NCBI GenBank assembly: GCA_030390025.1
Contig: CM059431.1
Coordinates: 143,160,001-143,224,000, forward strand
DNA: 64,000 bases
Direction: 5' to 3'
Origin: Squalus acanthias
Taxonomy: Eukaryota
Shown here: piece by piece, positions 1 through 11,404 of the stretch
Position numbering within the stretch: the first letter of the stretch is position 1
Layout: each line of letters begins with the position of its first letter
The notes under the pieces: generated by a model
Told to the model about the DNA's origin: nothing
What the model saw: the letters and a program-made list of their open reading frames with translations, nothing else
The model's database searches: none
Program-made: the position numbers and the translations under genes

Positions 1-856
1 CGACCTCACTCGCACCCGCCCCCGGCCGCACCCGACCCGACCCCGACCTCACTTGACCCGCCCCCGACACCGGCCGCACCCGACCCGAACCCGGCCGCAC
101 TCGACCTGCCACATACCCCGGCCGCACCCGACCCGACCCCGACCTCACTTGACCCGCCCCCGACACCGGCCGCACCCGACCCGAACCCGGCCGCACCCGA
201 CCTGCCACCGAACCCGGCCGCACCCGACCCGACCCCGGCCGCACTCGACCCGCCACCGACCCCGACCTCACTCGACCCGCCACCGATACCGGCCGCTCCC
301 GACCCGCCACTGATCCCGGCCTCACCCGACCCGCCACCGGCCTCACTCAACCCGCCCCCGGCCTCACCCGTCCCGACCCCAACACCGGCCGCACCCGCCC
401 CCGACCCGGCCGCACCCGACCCGGCCCCGGCCGCACTCGACTCGCCACCGACCCCGGCCGCACCCGACCCCGGCCCTGCCCCGACCCCGGCCGCACCCGA
501 CCCGACGCCGGCCGCACTCGACCCGCCACCGACCCCAGCCTGTCCCGACCCGGCCGCACCCGACTCGACCCCGGCCGCACCCGACCCGCCACCTATTCCG
601 GCCGCACCCGACCCGACCCCGGCCGCACTCGACCGGCCACCGCCCCGGCCGCACTCGACCCGCCACCGACCCCGGCCGCACCCGACCCGACCCCGGCCCG
701 TCCCCGACCCCGGCCGCATCCGACACGACCCCAGCCGCACTCGACCCGCCACCGACCCCGGCCGCACCCGACCCGATCCCGGCCGGTCCCCGACCCCGGA
801 CGCACCCGACCCTACCCCGGCCGCACCCGGGCCGACACCGACCCCGGCCACACCCG
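1..856. repeat. GC-rich, strongly C-skewed tandem repeat (CCGGCCGCACCCGACCCG-type units) upstream of the first visible NLR exon, probably intronic
   Basis: Degenerate reiteration of CCGGCCGCACCCGACCCG(A/CC)ACC. The Gly/Ala/Ser ORFs here are by-products of the repeat. Confidence 0.9.
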
Positions 857-997
857 AATCGTCCAGTTGGGAAATCGCGGGGGGAAACGGGTTAGTAATG
901 TCCTGAAGTACTTTCAGTGATTGCTGTAATATCCGAGAGTGAAAAATATATCAGATCCAGTGTTTGATTCCATTTGTTTCTCTCTGTTTGTCTTTAG

Positions 998-1084
998 AAT
1001 GGAGAACTATAAACTGGGAGATTCAGGAGTGAAACTATTGTCTGCGGCTCTCAGGAACCCGGACTGTAAAATACACGAACTGTG
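998..1084 (+). CDS. NLR (NACHT-LRR) gene, LRR exon (87 bp); upstream exons lie outside the window
   Basis: Polypyrimidine tract + TTAG acceptor (996-997) and GTAAGT donor (1085). Translates MENYKLGDSGVKLLSAALRNPDCKIHEL(W), a ribonuclease-inhibitor-type LRR typical of fish/shark NLRs. Phase 2-2. Confidence 0.9.
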
Positions 1085-1224
1085 GTAAGTACCAGACTGT
1101 ATGAGATTGTGTTTATAATAACTGGATGTCTGACACTGCACATTAGTATTAATATCAGTAATAGTGTTATTAATGAACACTGGGAGTTACTCTGATTCCT
1201 GTTATTTCTCTCTCTGATCCCCAG

Positions 1225-1392
1225 GCTATGGTCTGTCGGACTCACAGATTCTTGTGCCGAGGATCTCGCCTCCGCTCTCAGTACAAACCTGTCACTGAAG
1301 GTTCTGGACCTGGGATCAAACTCCTTCACAGACCGATCTGTCCCCGCTCTCGGCCGCCTCATACTGAACTGCAGGAGTCTGGAGCGGATCTG
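1225..1392 (+). CDS. NLR gene, penultimate LRR exon (168 bp)
   Basis: CCAG acceptor (1223-1224) and GTGAGT donor (1393). Translates LWSVGLTDSCAEDLASALSTNLSLKVLDLGSNSFTDRSVPALGRLILNCRSLERI(W), in frame with the previous exon. Confidence 0.9.
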
Positions 1393-1561
1393 GTGAGTGT
1401 TTGTGTTAATGTTTAATGTAATAAATAACATATAAATTGGATTCAGTCAAATTTATGGGTAATATTTGTCTGTAATTATTCTTGAAATATTAACCCCAGT
1501 CTCCCTTTTATTTACTTTTTTCAATCTGTTTATTTCCTGTTTCTCCTTTAATCTGTTTCAG

Positions 1562-1817
1562 GCTGTGGGAGAATCGTTTCAGTTCAACCGGAGAGAACCT
1601 GCTGGAGTTACTGCAGGAAACAAGACCCGGACTGAGTGTGAACTTTTCAAGCGTTGACAATCGCTGCTCTCAGTATCATAATCTGAAAATGTTGCGGTTT
1701 CCAGCTCGAGCTGAGCGAGCGTCATCTCCCATTGTGAGGTCAGAGTCCCAGACACAGGGTCATGAGACTCAGCCGCCCGGCCCCAGAGCGCTGCTTCTGC
1801 AGGATATCCGGGGCTGA
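1562..1817 (+). CDS. NLR gene, last coding exon
   Basis: Long pyrimidine tract + CAG acceptor (1560-1561). Translates LWENRFSSTGENLLELLQETRPGLSVNF...LLLQDIRG, with TGA at 1815-1817. Confidence 0.8.
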
Positions 1818-1921
1818 ATGTTCCCCACTGGGGCACTGGGGAAATGCACAGACAGGAAAGGCCCAGGGCAGGGCTCAGTCTGGGCTGCAGTGGGAAACTG
1901 ACAATTGCACTCAGTATTCCT

Positions 1922-3110
1922 GCGTGTCTCTCCCAGTGAGGAGTCAGACTCTGTAAACAGTGTCCCTGTGTACAGTGTGTGTCGCTCCCAGTGAGGAGTA
2001 AGACTCTGTAACAAGTGTCCCTGTGTACAGTGTGTGTCTGTCCCAGTGAGGAGTCAGACAGTGTAACAAGTGTCCCTGTGTACAGTGCGTGTCTCCCAGT
2101 GAGGAGTCAGACTCTGTAACAAGTGTCCCTGTGTACAGTGTGTGTCTCTCCCAGTGAGGAGTCAGACTCTGTAACAATTGTCCCTGTGTACAGTGTGTGT
2201 CTCTCCCAGTGAGGTGTCAGACTCTGTAACAATTGTCCCTGTGTACAGTGTGTGTCTCTCCCAGTGAGGAGTCAGACTCTGTAACAAGTGTCCCTGTGTA
2301 CAGTGTGTGTCAACCAGTGAGGAGTCAGACTATGTAACAAGTGTCCCTGTGTACAGTGTGTGTCTCTCCCAGTGAGGTGTCAGACTCTGTAACAAGTGTC
2401 CCTGTGTACAGTGTGTGTCTCTCCCAGTGAGGAGTCAGACTCTGTAAAAAGAGTCCCTGTGTACAGTGTGTGTCTCTCCCAGTGAGGAGTCAGACTCTGA
2501 AACAAGAGCCCCTGTGTACAGTGTGTGTTTCTCCCAGTGAGGAGTCAGACTCTGTAACAAGTGTCCCTGTGTGCAGTGTCTGTCTCTCCCAGTGAGGAGT
2601 CAGACTCTGTAACAAGTGTCCCTGTGTACAGTGTCTCTCTCCCAGTGAGTCGTACCCTGTAACAAGTGTTCCTGTGTACAGTGTGTGTCTCTCCCAGTGA
2701 GGAATCGGACTCTGTAACAAGTGTTCCTGTGTACAGTGAGTGTCTCTCCCTTTGCGGAGTCGGACTCTGTAACATGTGTCCCAGTGTACAGTGTGTGTCT
2801 CCTCCAGTGAGGAGTCAGACTGTGTAACAAGTGTCCCTGTGTACAGTCTGTCTCTCCCAGTGAGGAGTCAGACTCTGTAACAAGTGTCCCTGTGTACAGT
2901 GTGTGTATCTCCCAGTGAGGAGACAGACTCTGTAACAAGTGTCCCTGTGTACAGTGTGTGTATCTCCCAGTGAGGAGACAGACTCTGTAACAAGTGCCCC
3001 TGTGTACAGTGTGTGTCTCTCCCAGTGAGGAGTCGGTATCTGTAACAAGTGTCCCTGTGTACAGTGTGTGTCTCTCCCAGTGAGGAGTCGCACTCTGTAA
3101 CAAGTGTCCC
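1922..3110. repeat. 55-bp minisatellite, ~21 copies
   Basis: Unit CTCTGTAACAAGTGTCCCTGTGTACAGTGTGTGTCTCTCCCAGTGAGGAGTCAGA repeated head to tail with no spacers. Confidence 0.95.
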
Positions 3111-3420
3111 CACAACCCTCCGAGATCTCACCACTCCTCTGACCTGTTGCACATCCTCGATTTTCGTTGCTCCACAAAGTCGCCATGACTTCAGCTGCCA
3201 AGGCCCTAAACTCTGGAATTCCCTCCCTGAACCTCTTCGCAGCTCGACATCTCTCTTCTCCTCCTTTAAACGCTTATTAAAACCTACCACTTTCACCGAG
3301 CTTTGGGCCATCTCTCCTAAAATCTCTTTATGCGCCTCCGTGTCAAATGTTGTCTGCTAATTGCGTCGTGTCGTTTCATTACATTGAAGCCGCTATAAAA
3401 ATTCAGGTTATTGTTGTTGT
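3111..3420 (+). mobile_element. L2-type LINE 3' fragment
   Basis: Encodes FSCQGPKLWNSLPEPLR...SSFKRLLK, an L2-like ORF2 C-terminus, and ends in a (GTT)n tail. Confidence 0.7.
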
Positions 3421-3454
3421 CCCTGTGTTGTGTAAATAAAACTCCACCACTTAC

Positions 3455-3529
3455 TTCAGCTCACGCCTGGTCTCCTCGACATTTTCAATAACTGGCTTCA
3501 TTGTCTTAATATATTCAATAAAGGTTTCT
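3455..3529 (-). other. Candidate orphan coding exon (75 bp, phase 2-2), product unknown
   Basis: Minus strand reads TTTAG|A GAA ACC...CTG AA|GTAAGT and encodes ETFIEYIKTMKPVIENVEETRRELK. The polypyrimidine tract is weak. Confidence 0.3.
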
Positions 3530-3551
3530 CTAAAGTACATCCCACCTTCTC

Positions 3552-3699
3552 CCCCTCTGGAGGAGGCCTCAGTCCATCCCCTCTGGACGAGGCCTCGGTT
3601 GGTCCCCTCTGGAGGAGGCCTCGCTCGGTCCCCTCTGTAGGAGGCCTCGGTCTGTCCCCTCTGGAGCAGGCCTCGGTCGGTCCCCTCTGGAGGAGGCCT
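3552..3699. repeat. 26-bp tandem repeat, ~6 copies
   Basis: CCCCTCTG begins at 3552, 3578, 3604, 3630, 3656 and 3682. Consensus unit CCCCTCTGGAGGAGGCCTCGGTCGGT. Confidence 0.9.
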
Positions 3700-3818
3700 G
3701 AAAGTAAAAGCTGCTGTGTGATCTTTGCATTCTTCTAATTCCCCTCCACTCAAATCAAGACAAGACAGGCAGACAGGCAGTTTGGGGGACACACAAAATC
3801 AAGACAACATGCAGAATA

Positions 3819-4031
3819 GAAATGAAAACAGAAAATGCTGGAAATGCTCAGCATTTCAGGCAGCATCTGTGAAGAGAGAAACAGTGTTAATGTTTCAGGT
3901 CGATGACGTTTCGTCAGAACCTTGACAATCTGATGAAAGGCAATAGAGATGAAACGTTAACTCTATTTCTCTCTCTCTCCACAGATGCAGCCTGACCTGC
4001 TGAGTATTTCCAGCATTTTCTGTTTTTATTC
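3819..4031. mobile_element. Palindrome of inverted Penelope-like termini with hammerhead-like cores, copy 1
   Basis: Arms AAAACAGAAAATGCTGGAAAT...TCGTCAG and CTGATGA...ATTTCCAGCATTTTCTGTTTT. Plus core is CTGATGA 3930-3936 + GAAAC 3951-3955. Minus core is CTGACGA 3917-3911 + GAAAC 3896-3892. Confidence 0.7.
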
Positions 4032-5645
4032 CCATTTCCAGCATCAGCAGTATTTTGCTTTTGATGCAGAATAGAAAGCCTGTATCTGTAGGCCGCAAAA
4101 TGAAAAGATGAGATACTGAAAAGTGTCTTTTTGCTTTTAAACTGCCAAACACAGCAGAGCAACGAGCGAAATCAACTTTCTTTCATTGCTGATAGTGTTG
4201 TGTGGCAATTTTTCAGGCTGGCCTGTGTGTGTGTTTGTGTGTGTGAGAGAGAGAGAGAGAGACAGCAAAAGCTGGTTTGTATGCAGGGTTTGACTGAGTT
4301 CAAGTTACCTGCTGTGTCATTGGTATTGCATCTCATGTCTGAAAAAAACAGAAAGGATACACCATTAGATCATACTGATTTAATTCCAGACTGCAATGCT
4401 GTGGGATCTTACTTTGCCTTTCTTTCAGGACTTTTGTAAAAAGCAAAGCTACATATATACCTCAAGCCAATTGATTTTTTCTGGACTGGAATTTATCGAG
4501 GAATGTTTGTGGGGTGTTTCAGAGCATATCCTGCGGTGAGATCTTACTCACCATTAAGCCCAACCCAACCAAACCAAGTCAAGACTTTTGTAAAAACAAA
4601 GTATATATTATATTTTATAAAATATTTTCAGAATAATCCATTTGAATTTTTTTGGGACTGGGCTTTAGTGGGCAATGTGCTTGGGGGTGTTTTCAGAGCA
4701 AAAATTTCTATGGGATCATACCATTCATTTTATCCCACTCCACGCAAATCACAGACAGGCAGACATTTAGTTAACAAAAGTAAAGTAGATATATTATTAT
4801 TTATCCCTGATTGTATTTCCTTCTTTTCACCCTCCCGGTCTTTCATTTCCTTGTGGGGACCCAGGTTTCTGCGGCCTTGACTTCACCGCTTCCTGTTGGA
4901 TTATCCTCATCAAACATGGCCGCACAGCCAGGAAGGGACATCATCAAAAATAGACACTCCCAGGCTGCATCCCTTTCAAAATGGATGGATGTGTGTGAGT
5001 AGGTTTCTGCAAATTGCAGAGTCTGTGTGAGTGTGTGTGTCATGTTAGTGTAAATTTTAGTTCAATGTGGGTGGGAGGGAGACTGTGTGAGTGTCAGACA
5101 GACAGATAGTCATTGACAGCGAGAGACACATGAAATCAAAAGGCAAGTTGCAGAATCGAAAGACTGTTTCTTTAGGCCACAAAGTGAAAAGAAAAGATAC
5201 TGAAAAGCGTCTTTTTGGTTTTAATCTTCCAACACGGCAGTCATCCCTCTGCAGGCTGGCCAGGCTGTGAGTGTGTGTGTGTGTGTGTGTGAGTGAGAGA
5301 GAGAGAGGGCAAAAGCTGGTGTTTGTGTGAGATGTGGTCTGCTGTATTATTACCTGCTGTTGTTCTAATAAACCCTATTGATTTAATTCTGGCCTGGTCA
5401 ACATGTAATGCTGCTGTGTATCACTTTATTGCACTTTATTTCATTTCACTTCACTTCAAGACAGACAGACAGTCAGTCAGTGAGATACTGAAAAATGTCT
5501 TTGTGGACTGTCTGACAATAAAAGCTGCTCTGGGATCTTTGCATCCTCTGGTGCTTTGCATTCTTTTTATTCCACTCAAATCAAGACAAGGCAGGTTGGC
5601 AGGCAGTGAGAGAGATGCATGAAATCAAGACCACATGCAGAATAG

Positions 5646-5864
5646 AAATAAAAACAGGAAATGCTGGAAATACTCAGTAGGTTAGGCAGCATCAGTGGAG
5701 ATACAGAGAAACAATGTAAATGTTTCAGCTCGATGACCTTTCGTCAGAACCTTGCCAGAATCTGACAAAAGGTAATCGGGCTGAAACATTAACTCTGTTT
5801 CTCTCTCTCTCCACAGATGCTGCCTGACCTGCTGAGTATTTCCAGCATTTTCTGTTTTTATTTC
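5646..5864. mobile_element. Palindrome of inverted Penelope-like termini, copy 2
   Basis: Same inverted arms. Minus core CTGACGA-AAGGTCATCGAGCT-GAAAC; plus core mutated to CTGACAA. Confidence 0.7.
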
Positions 5865-6837
5865 AGATTTCCCACATCCACAGCATTTGCTTTTGATGCA
5901 GAATAGAAAGCCTGTTTTTGTAGGCCGCAAAATGAAAAGATAAGATATTGAAAAGTGTAAAAGTGTCTGTTTGCTTTTAAACTGCCGAACACAGCAGAGG
6001 AATGTTAGAAATCAACTTTCTTTCATTGCTGACAGTGTTTTGTGGCAATTTTGCAGGCTGGCCTGTGTGTTTGTGTGTGCGTGTGTGTGTGTGTGAGAGA
6101 GAGCGAGACAGACAGCAAAAGCTTGTGTGCATGCAGGGCCTGTCTTTGTTCAAGTTATCTGCCGTTTGCATTCGTACTGCATCTCATGTCTGAAAAAAAC
6201 AGAAAGTATTCACCATTAGGTCATATTGATTTCATTCCAGAACGCACAGCTCTGGGATCTTACTTTGCCTTTCATTAAATAATTTTGTAATAAGCAAGGT
6301 TACATATATACATCAAGCCATTTGTTATTTTACTGGACTGGACTTTATAGGGGGATGTTTGTGGTGTGTTTCGTGGCATTTCCTGCTGTGGGATCTTACT
6401 CTCCCCTTCAGCCCAAACCAAAAAAGGCAAGACTTCTGCAAAAAAATGTATATATTACATTTTAAAAATTATTTTCAGAAGAATCCATTTGATTATTTTC
6501 AGGATTGGGCTTTATTGGGGAATGTGCTTGGGATGTTTTCAGAGCAAAAGCTGCTGTGGGATCTTTCTATTCATTTTATTACACTCCAGGCAAACCACAG
6601 ACAGGCAGACATTTAGTTAACAAAAGTAAAGTATGTATATTATTTATTCCTGATTGTATTTACTTCTTTTCATTCTCCCGGGCTTTCATTTCCTCTTGGG
6701 TAACCGGATTTCTGGGGCCTCGGCTTCACTTCTTCCTGTTGGATTGTCCTCATCAAACATGCCGCACAGCCAGGAAGGGACATCATCAAAAATTGACACT
6801 CCCAGGCTGCACATCTTTCAAAATAAATGTGTGTGTG

Positions 6838-7040
6838 TGAGTTTCTGCGAATTGCGGAGACTGTGTGAGTGTGTCTGTATGTGCGTGGGTTTCTGTGTTT
6901 CTGCAAATTGCAGAGTCTGTGTGAGTGTGTCTGTATGTGCGTGGGTGTCTGTGTGTCTGCAAATTGCAGAGTCTGTGTGAGTTTGTGTGTGCGTGGGTTT
7001 CTGTGTTTCTGCAAATTGCAGAGTCTGTGTGAGTGTGTGT
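6838..7040. repeat. ~56-bp tandem expansion (~4 copies) inside module unit 2
   Basis: TCTGCAAATTGCAGAGTCTGTGTGAGT is repeated here and is single-copy in units 1 and 3. Confidence 0.85.
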
Positions 7041-7502
7041 GTCATGTTACTGTAAATTTTAGTTCAATATTGGTGGGAGGGAGACTGTGTGAGTGAGAGA
7101 CAGATAGATAGTCAGTGAGAGACATGAAATCAAAAGGCAAGTTGCAGAATAGAAAGCCTGTTCCTGTCTGCCACAAAGTCGAAAGATAAGGTACTGAAAA
7201 GTGTCTTTTTGGTTTTAATCTTCCAACACGGCAATCATCCTTCTGCAGGCTGGCCAGGGTGTGTGTGTGTATGCGAGAGAGAGTGAGGGCAAAACCTAGT
7301 GTTTGTGTGAGATCTGCTTCGGGGTCTTATTACCTTCTGTTGTTGTATTGAACCCTGTTGATTTCATTCTGGCTTGCTCCACATGTAATGCAGTTGTGCA
7401 TCATTTCATTGCAGTTTATTTCACTTCACTTCAAGACAGACAGTCAGCCAGTGAGATACTGAAAATTTATTTGCGCACTGTCTGACAATAAAAGCTGCTG
7501 TG

Positions 7503-8717
7503 TGTAGGGTTCTCAAAATTCCCACATTCCCCAGAGTTATTAATAAGGGGTACCCTGGACAAAGTGGCTTCTAGACCTCAGGGCAGAAGCCTGCGACATT
7601 GAACAGAAACCAGGGCCCTGCAAAAATAGCAGGCCAGGTTACATGCCAGGGTCTGTAAGAGAGTTGCGAAATTCCCAGACCCCCAAAAGACTCAGAGAAA
7701 AAGAGAGAGACCCTAAGAAAAAGGGGCATTGGACATTTTAAAACCAATTGAGTATATTGGACCAGGGACATTTTAAAACATTTTTAAACAGACCTCAGTA
7801 CAGGCTGCCAAAGGAGGCGGGGCTGGCCTCTACAGACAGGTGGTCGACCTGTCTCCAGCCCCATCAAACTGTTTAGCATTTATACAAAGACGTACTCAAC
7901 ACAAATGAACAACCATCAGACCAGCAATCATCCTCCACTTAACAAATATTTAATATCGTTAAAGGACATCTCCTGCCATTAAAGTTAACGACCTTAACAA
8001 GCCCACCAGAATGAAACAAAGCACTGGGAAGATTTGGCGGGCAAATAAGGAACAATCGAAGAGTTTAACTGGAGACCTGTGCTGGAAGAAGCGGGAGTTC
8101 TACAGAGAGGAGTTCCACAGAGGCGAGCAGTTTTGCAGCCTAGCACAACATCTGTCCAAGCCAGACAGACAGGCTACAAGCAGGACAGCTGAAGCACAGG
8201 AGTTCTCCAGTACACAGTTCAACAGAAACAAGACCGTTCAACAAAGAAGGCCAGCAGCTCCAGAAACAGACCGACACGCAAGAAACCAGAGCAACGGTTC
8301 CAGTGACCATCAAACACCTCGAGGCACAAGGGCCTTATGAAACTTTTTACTTAAAAGGACTTTAAACCATAACCTCAACTGTCAAATGATTCGTTTGGTG
8401 AGCATTATCCCTGTTCCTCAAGAGTCTAACTTAGATAGTAAAGTGGGGTTGGGAGGGGTGAGGTATTGTTCTACTGTCATTTCCCTCGTTTATACCGAAG
8501 TTAAGATTGACATGTTATGTTTCATCTCTGATAAATAAACATTGGTTTTCCTCGCACCAATCCACGGGTCTGTTCGTTTGTCCTTATCGCCGCTCTATAA
8601 GTCCTGGGCTCAGAACTAATAAGGGGATAGCGATTCGCAACCGCACAGCGCGCAGGTGAGTCCAGGACTACATAACTGGCTGACCTACAAATAAGCCCGA
8701 GACAAAAACCCCTTACA
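7503..8717 (+). mobile_element. Solo LTR (1215 bp), LTR retrotransposon/ERV
   Basis: TGTAGGGTT...AACCCCTTACA termini (TG..CA, imperfect inverted ends), 4-bp TSD TGTG (7499-7502, 8718-8721) and AATAAA at ~8534. It splits the module motif AAAGCTGCTGTG|G.ATCTT. Confidence 0.8.
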
Positions 8718-8817
8718 TGTGGCATCTTAGTAATCTTTTTATTCCACTCCACTCAAATCAAAACAAGGCAGGCAGGCAGTGAGAGAGACACATGAAATCA
8801 AGACAGCATGCAGAATA

Positions 8818-9035
8818 GAAATAAAAAACAGAAAATGCTGGAAATACTCAGTATGTTAGCAGCACCTGTGGTCAGAGAGAGAAACAGAGTTAAAGTTCCA
8901 GGTCAATGACCTTTCATCAGAACCTTGCCAGAATCTGGCGAAAGGTCATCGAGCTGAAACATCAACTCTATTTCTCTCTCTCTCCACAGATGCTGCCTGG
9001 CCTGCTGAGTATTTCCAGCATTTTCTGTTTTTACT
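8818..9035. mobile_element. Palindrome of inverted Penelope-like termini, copy 3
   Basis: Same arms. Minus core CTGATGA-AAGGTCATTGACCT-GGAAC; plus core CTGGCGA-AAGGTCATCGAGCT-GAAAC. Confidence 0.7.
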
Positions 9036-10263
9036 ACAGATTTCCCACATCTACAGCATTTGCTTTTGATGCAGGATAGAAAGCCTGTTTCTGTTGGCCG
9101 CAAAATTGAAAAGATAAGATTTTGAAAAGTGTCTTTTTGCTTTTAAACTGCCGAACACAGCAGAGGAATGATATAAATCAACTTGTTTTCATTGCTGACA
9201 GTGTTGTGTGGCAATTTTGCAGGAAGGCCTGTGTGTGTGTGTGTGTGTGTGAGAGAGACAGACAGACAGACAGCAAAAGCTGGTGTGTATGTAGGGCTTG
9301 TCTGTGTTCAAGTTATCTGCCATGTGCATTGGTACTGCATCTCATGTCTGGAAAAAACAGAAAGTATACACCATTAGATCATACTGATTTCATTCCAGAC
9401 TGCACTGCTGTGGGATCTTACTTTGCCTTTCTTTCAAGAATTTTGTAAAAAGCAAGGCTACATATATACATCAAGCTATTTGATATTTTTCTGGAGTGGA
9501 CTTTATAGGGGAATGTTTGTGGAGTGTTTCATGGCATTTCCTGTTGTGGGATCTTACTCTCCCCTTCAGCCCAACACAAACAAGACAAGATTTTGTAAAA
9601 GAAAGAGTATATATTATATTTTTAAAATTATTTTCAGAATAATCCATTTGATTTTTTTCTGGAGTGGGCTTTATTGGGTAATGTGCTTGGGATGTTTTCA
9701 GAGCAAAAGCTGCTGTGGGATCTTTCCACTCATTTTATTCCACTCCATGCAAACCACAGACAGGCAGACATTTAGTTAACAAAAGTAAAGTATATATTAT
9801 TGATTCCTGATTGTATTTACTTCTTTTCACTCTCTCGGGCTTTCATCTCCTCTCGGGGGCCCAGATTTCTCATCAAAAATTGACACTCCCAGGCTGCACC
9901 TCTTTCAAAGTGGATGTGTGAGTGTGAGTTTCTGCAAATTGCAGAGTCTGTGTGAGTCTGTGTGTCATGTCACTGTAAATTTTAGTTCAATGTGGATGGG
10001 AGGGAGAGTATGTGAGTGAGAGAGAGACACACAGACAGTCAGTGAGAGGGAAAGACATGAAATCAGAAGACAAGATGCAGAATAGAAAGCCTGTTGCTGT
10101 AGGCTGCAAAGTAAAAGGCTAAGTAACTGAAAAATATTTTGTGGAGCGTCAGTTAGTAAAAGCTGCTAAGGTATCTTTGCATTCTTTTTATTCCACTCCA
10201 CTCAAATTGAGACCAGGCAGGCAGTGAGAGAGACACATGACATCAAGACAATATGCAGAACAG

Positions 10264-10480
10264 AAACCAAAAAGGAAAATGCTGGAAATACTCAGCAGGT
10301 CAGGCAGCAACTGTGGAGAGAGAGAGAAACAGAGTTAATTCAGCTCGATGACCTTTTGTCAGATTCTGGAAAGGTTCTAAGGAAAGGTCATGGAGCTGAA
10401 ACATTAACTCAGTTTTTCTCTCTCTCAACAGTTGCTGCTTGAACTACTGAGCATTTCAAGCATTTTCTGTTTTTATTTCA
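10264..10480. mobile_element. Palindrome of inverted Penelope-like termini, copy 4 (centre inverted)
   Basis: Same arms. The spacer GATTCTGGAAAGGTTC is the reverse complement (1 mismatch) of the spacer in copies 2 and 3. Confidence 0.7.
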
Positions 10481-11404
10481 GATTTCCCGCTTCCACAATA
10501 TTTTGCTGTTGATGTAGGATAGAGAGCCTTTTACTGTAGGCTGCAAAACTGGAAAGAGAAGATACTGAAAATTGTTTCTGCTTTTAAACTGCCAAACACA
10601 GCAGCGCAATGATATAAATCAACTTTCTTTCATTGCTGACAGTGTTGCGTGGCAATTTTGCAGGCTGACCTGTGTGTGTGTGAGGGAGAGAGAGACAGAC
10701 AGCAAAAGCTGGTGTGTATGCAGGGCTTGTCTGAGTTCAAGTTACCTGCCGTGTTCATTGGTACCGCATCTCATGGCTGAAAAAAACAGAAAGTATACAC
10801 CATTAGATCATACTGATTTCATTCCAGACTGCAATGCTGTGGGATCTTACTTTGCCCTTCTTTCAAGACTTTTGTAAAAATGAAAGCTACATTTATACAT
10901 CAAGCCATTTGATTTTTTTTCTGGACTGGACTTTAAAGGGGAATGTATGTGGGGTGTGTCAGAGCTGTGGGATCTTACTCTCCCCTTCATTCCCAACCCA
11001 ACCAAATCAAGACTTTTGTCTAAGTAAAGTATATATTTTATATATATATTATATTTACTTTTTTATTACTTTCAGAATAATAAATCCACTTGATTTTTTT
11101 CTGGACTGGGCTTTATTGGGGAATATTTGTGGAATGTTTTCAGAGCAAAAGCTGCTGTGGGATATTTCCATTCATTTTATTCCACGCCACTCAAATCACA
11201 GACCGACATTTCGTTTACAGAAGTAAAGTATATATGTTATTATTAGATACTTGATTATATTTTCTTCTTTTCACCCTCCCTCCATGCCCATCTCCTGGGG
11301 CGCCAATCACCCCCTACATGCCTGTCCATCCCCTCCAATCCCCCAGGCCACTCCCCCAGCCCCTTGTGGTCCTGAGCTCCACAAACACTCACGCACTCAC
11401 TCAC

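Larger units (their letters stand above)
3700..11280. repeat. Tandem segmental amplification: four diverged 1.1-2.0 kb units (~3700-5518, ~5520-7502, ~8722-10155, ~10157-11280)
   Basis: Each unit has the same order of blocks: AAAGCTGCT, a ~210-bp palindrome, TTTTAAACTGCC.AACACAGCAG, (TG)n(AG)n, GTGGGATCTTACT blocks, AAAGTAAAGTA. A solo LTR sits between units 2 and 3. Confidence 0.9.

Noticed and set aside
6..851. 281-aa Gly/Ala/Ser ORF resembling silk fibroin
   Set aside because: It is the translation of a C-rich tandem repeat that is open in several frames, antisense to the NLR gene, with no gene context.
1922..3110. CRISPR-like regular array
   Set aside because: Units are contiguous with no unique spacers, there are no cas genes, and the context is vertebrate. 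It is a minisatellite.
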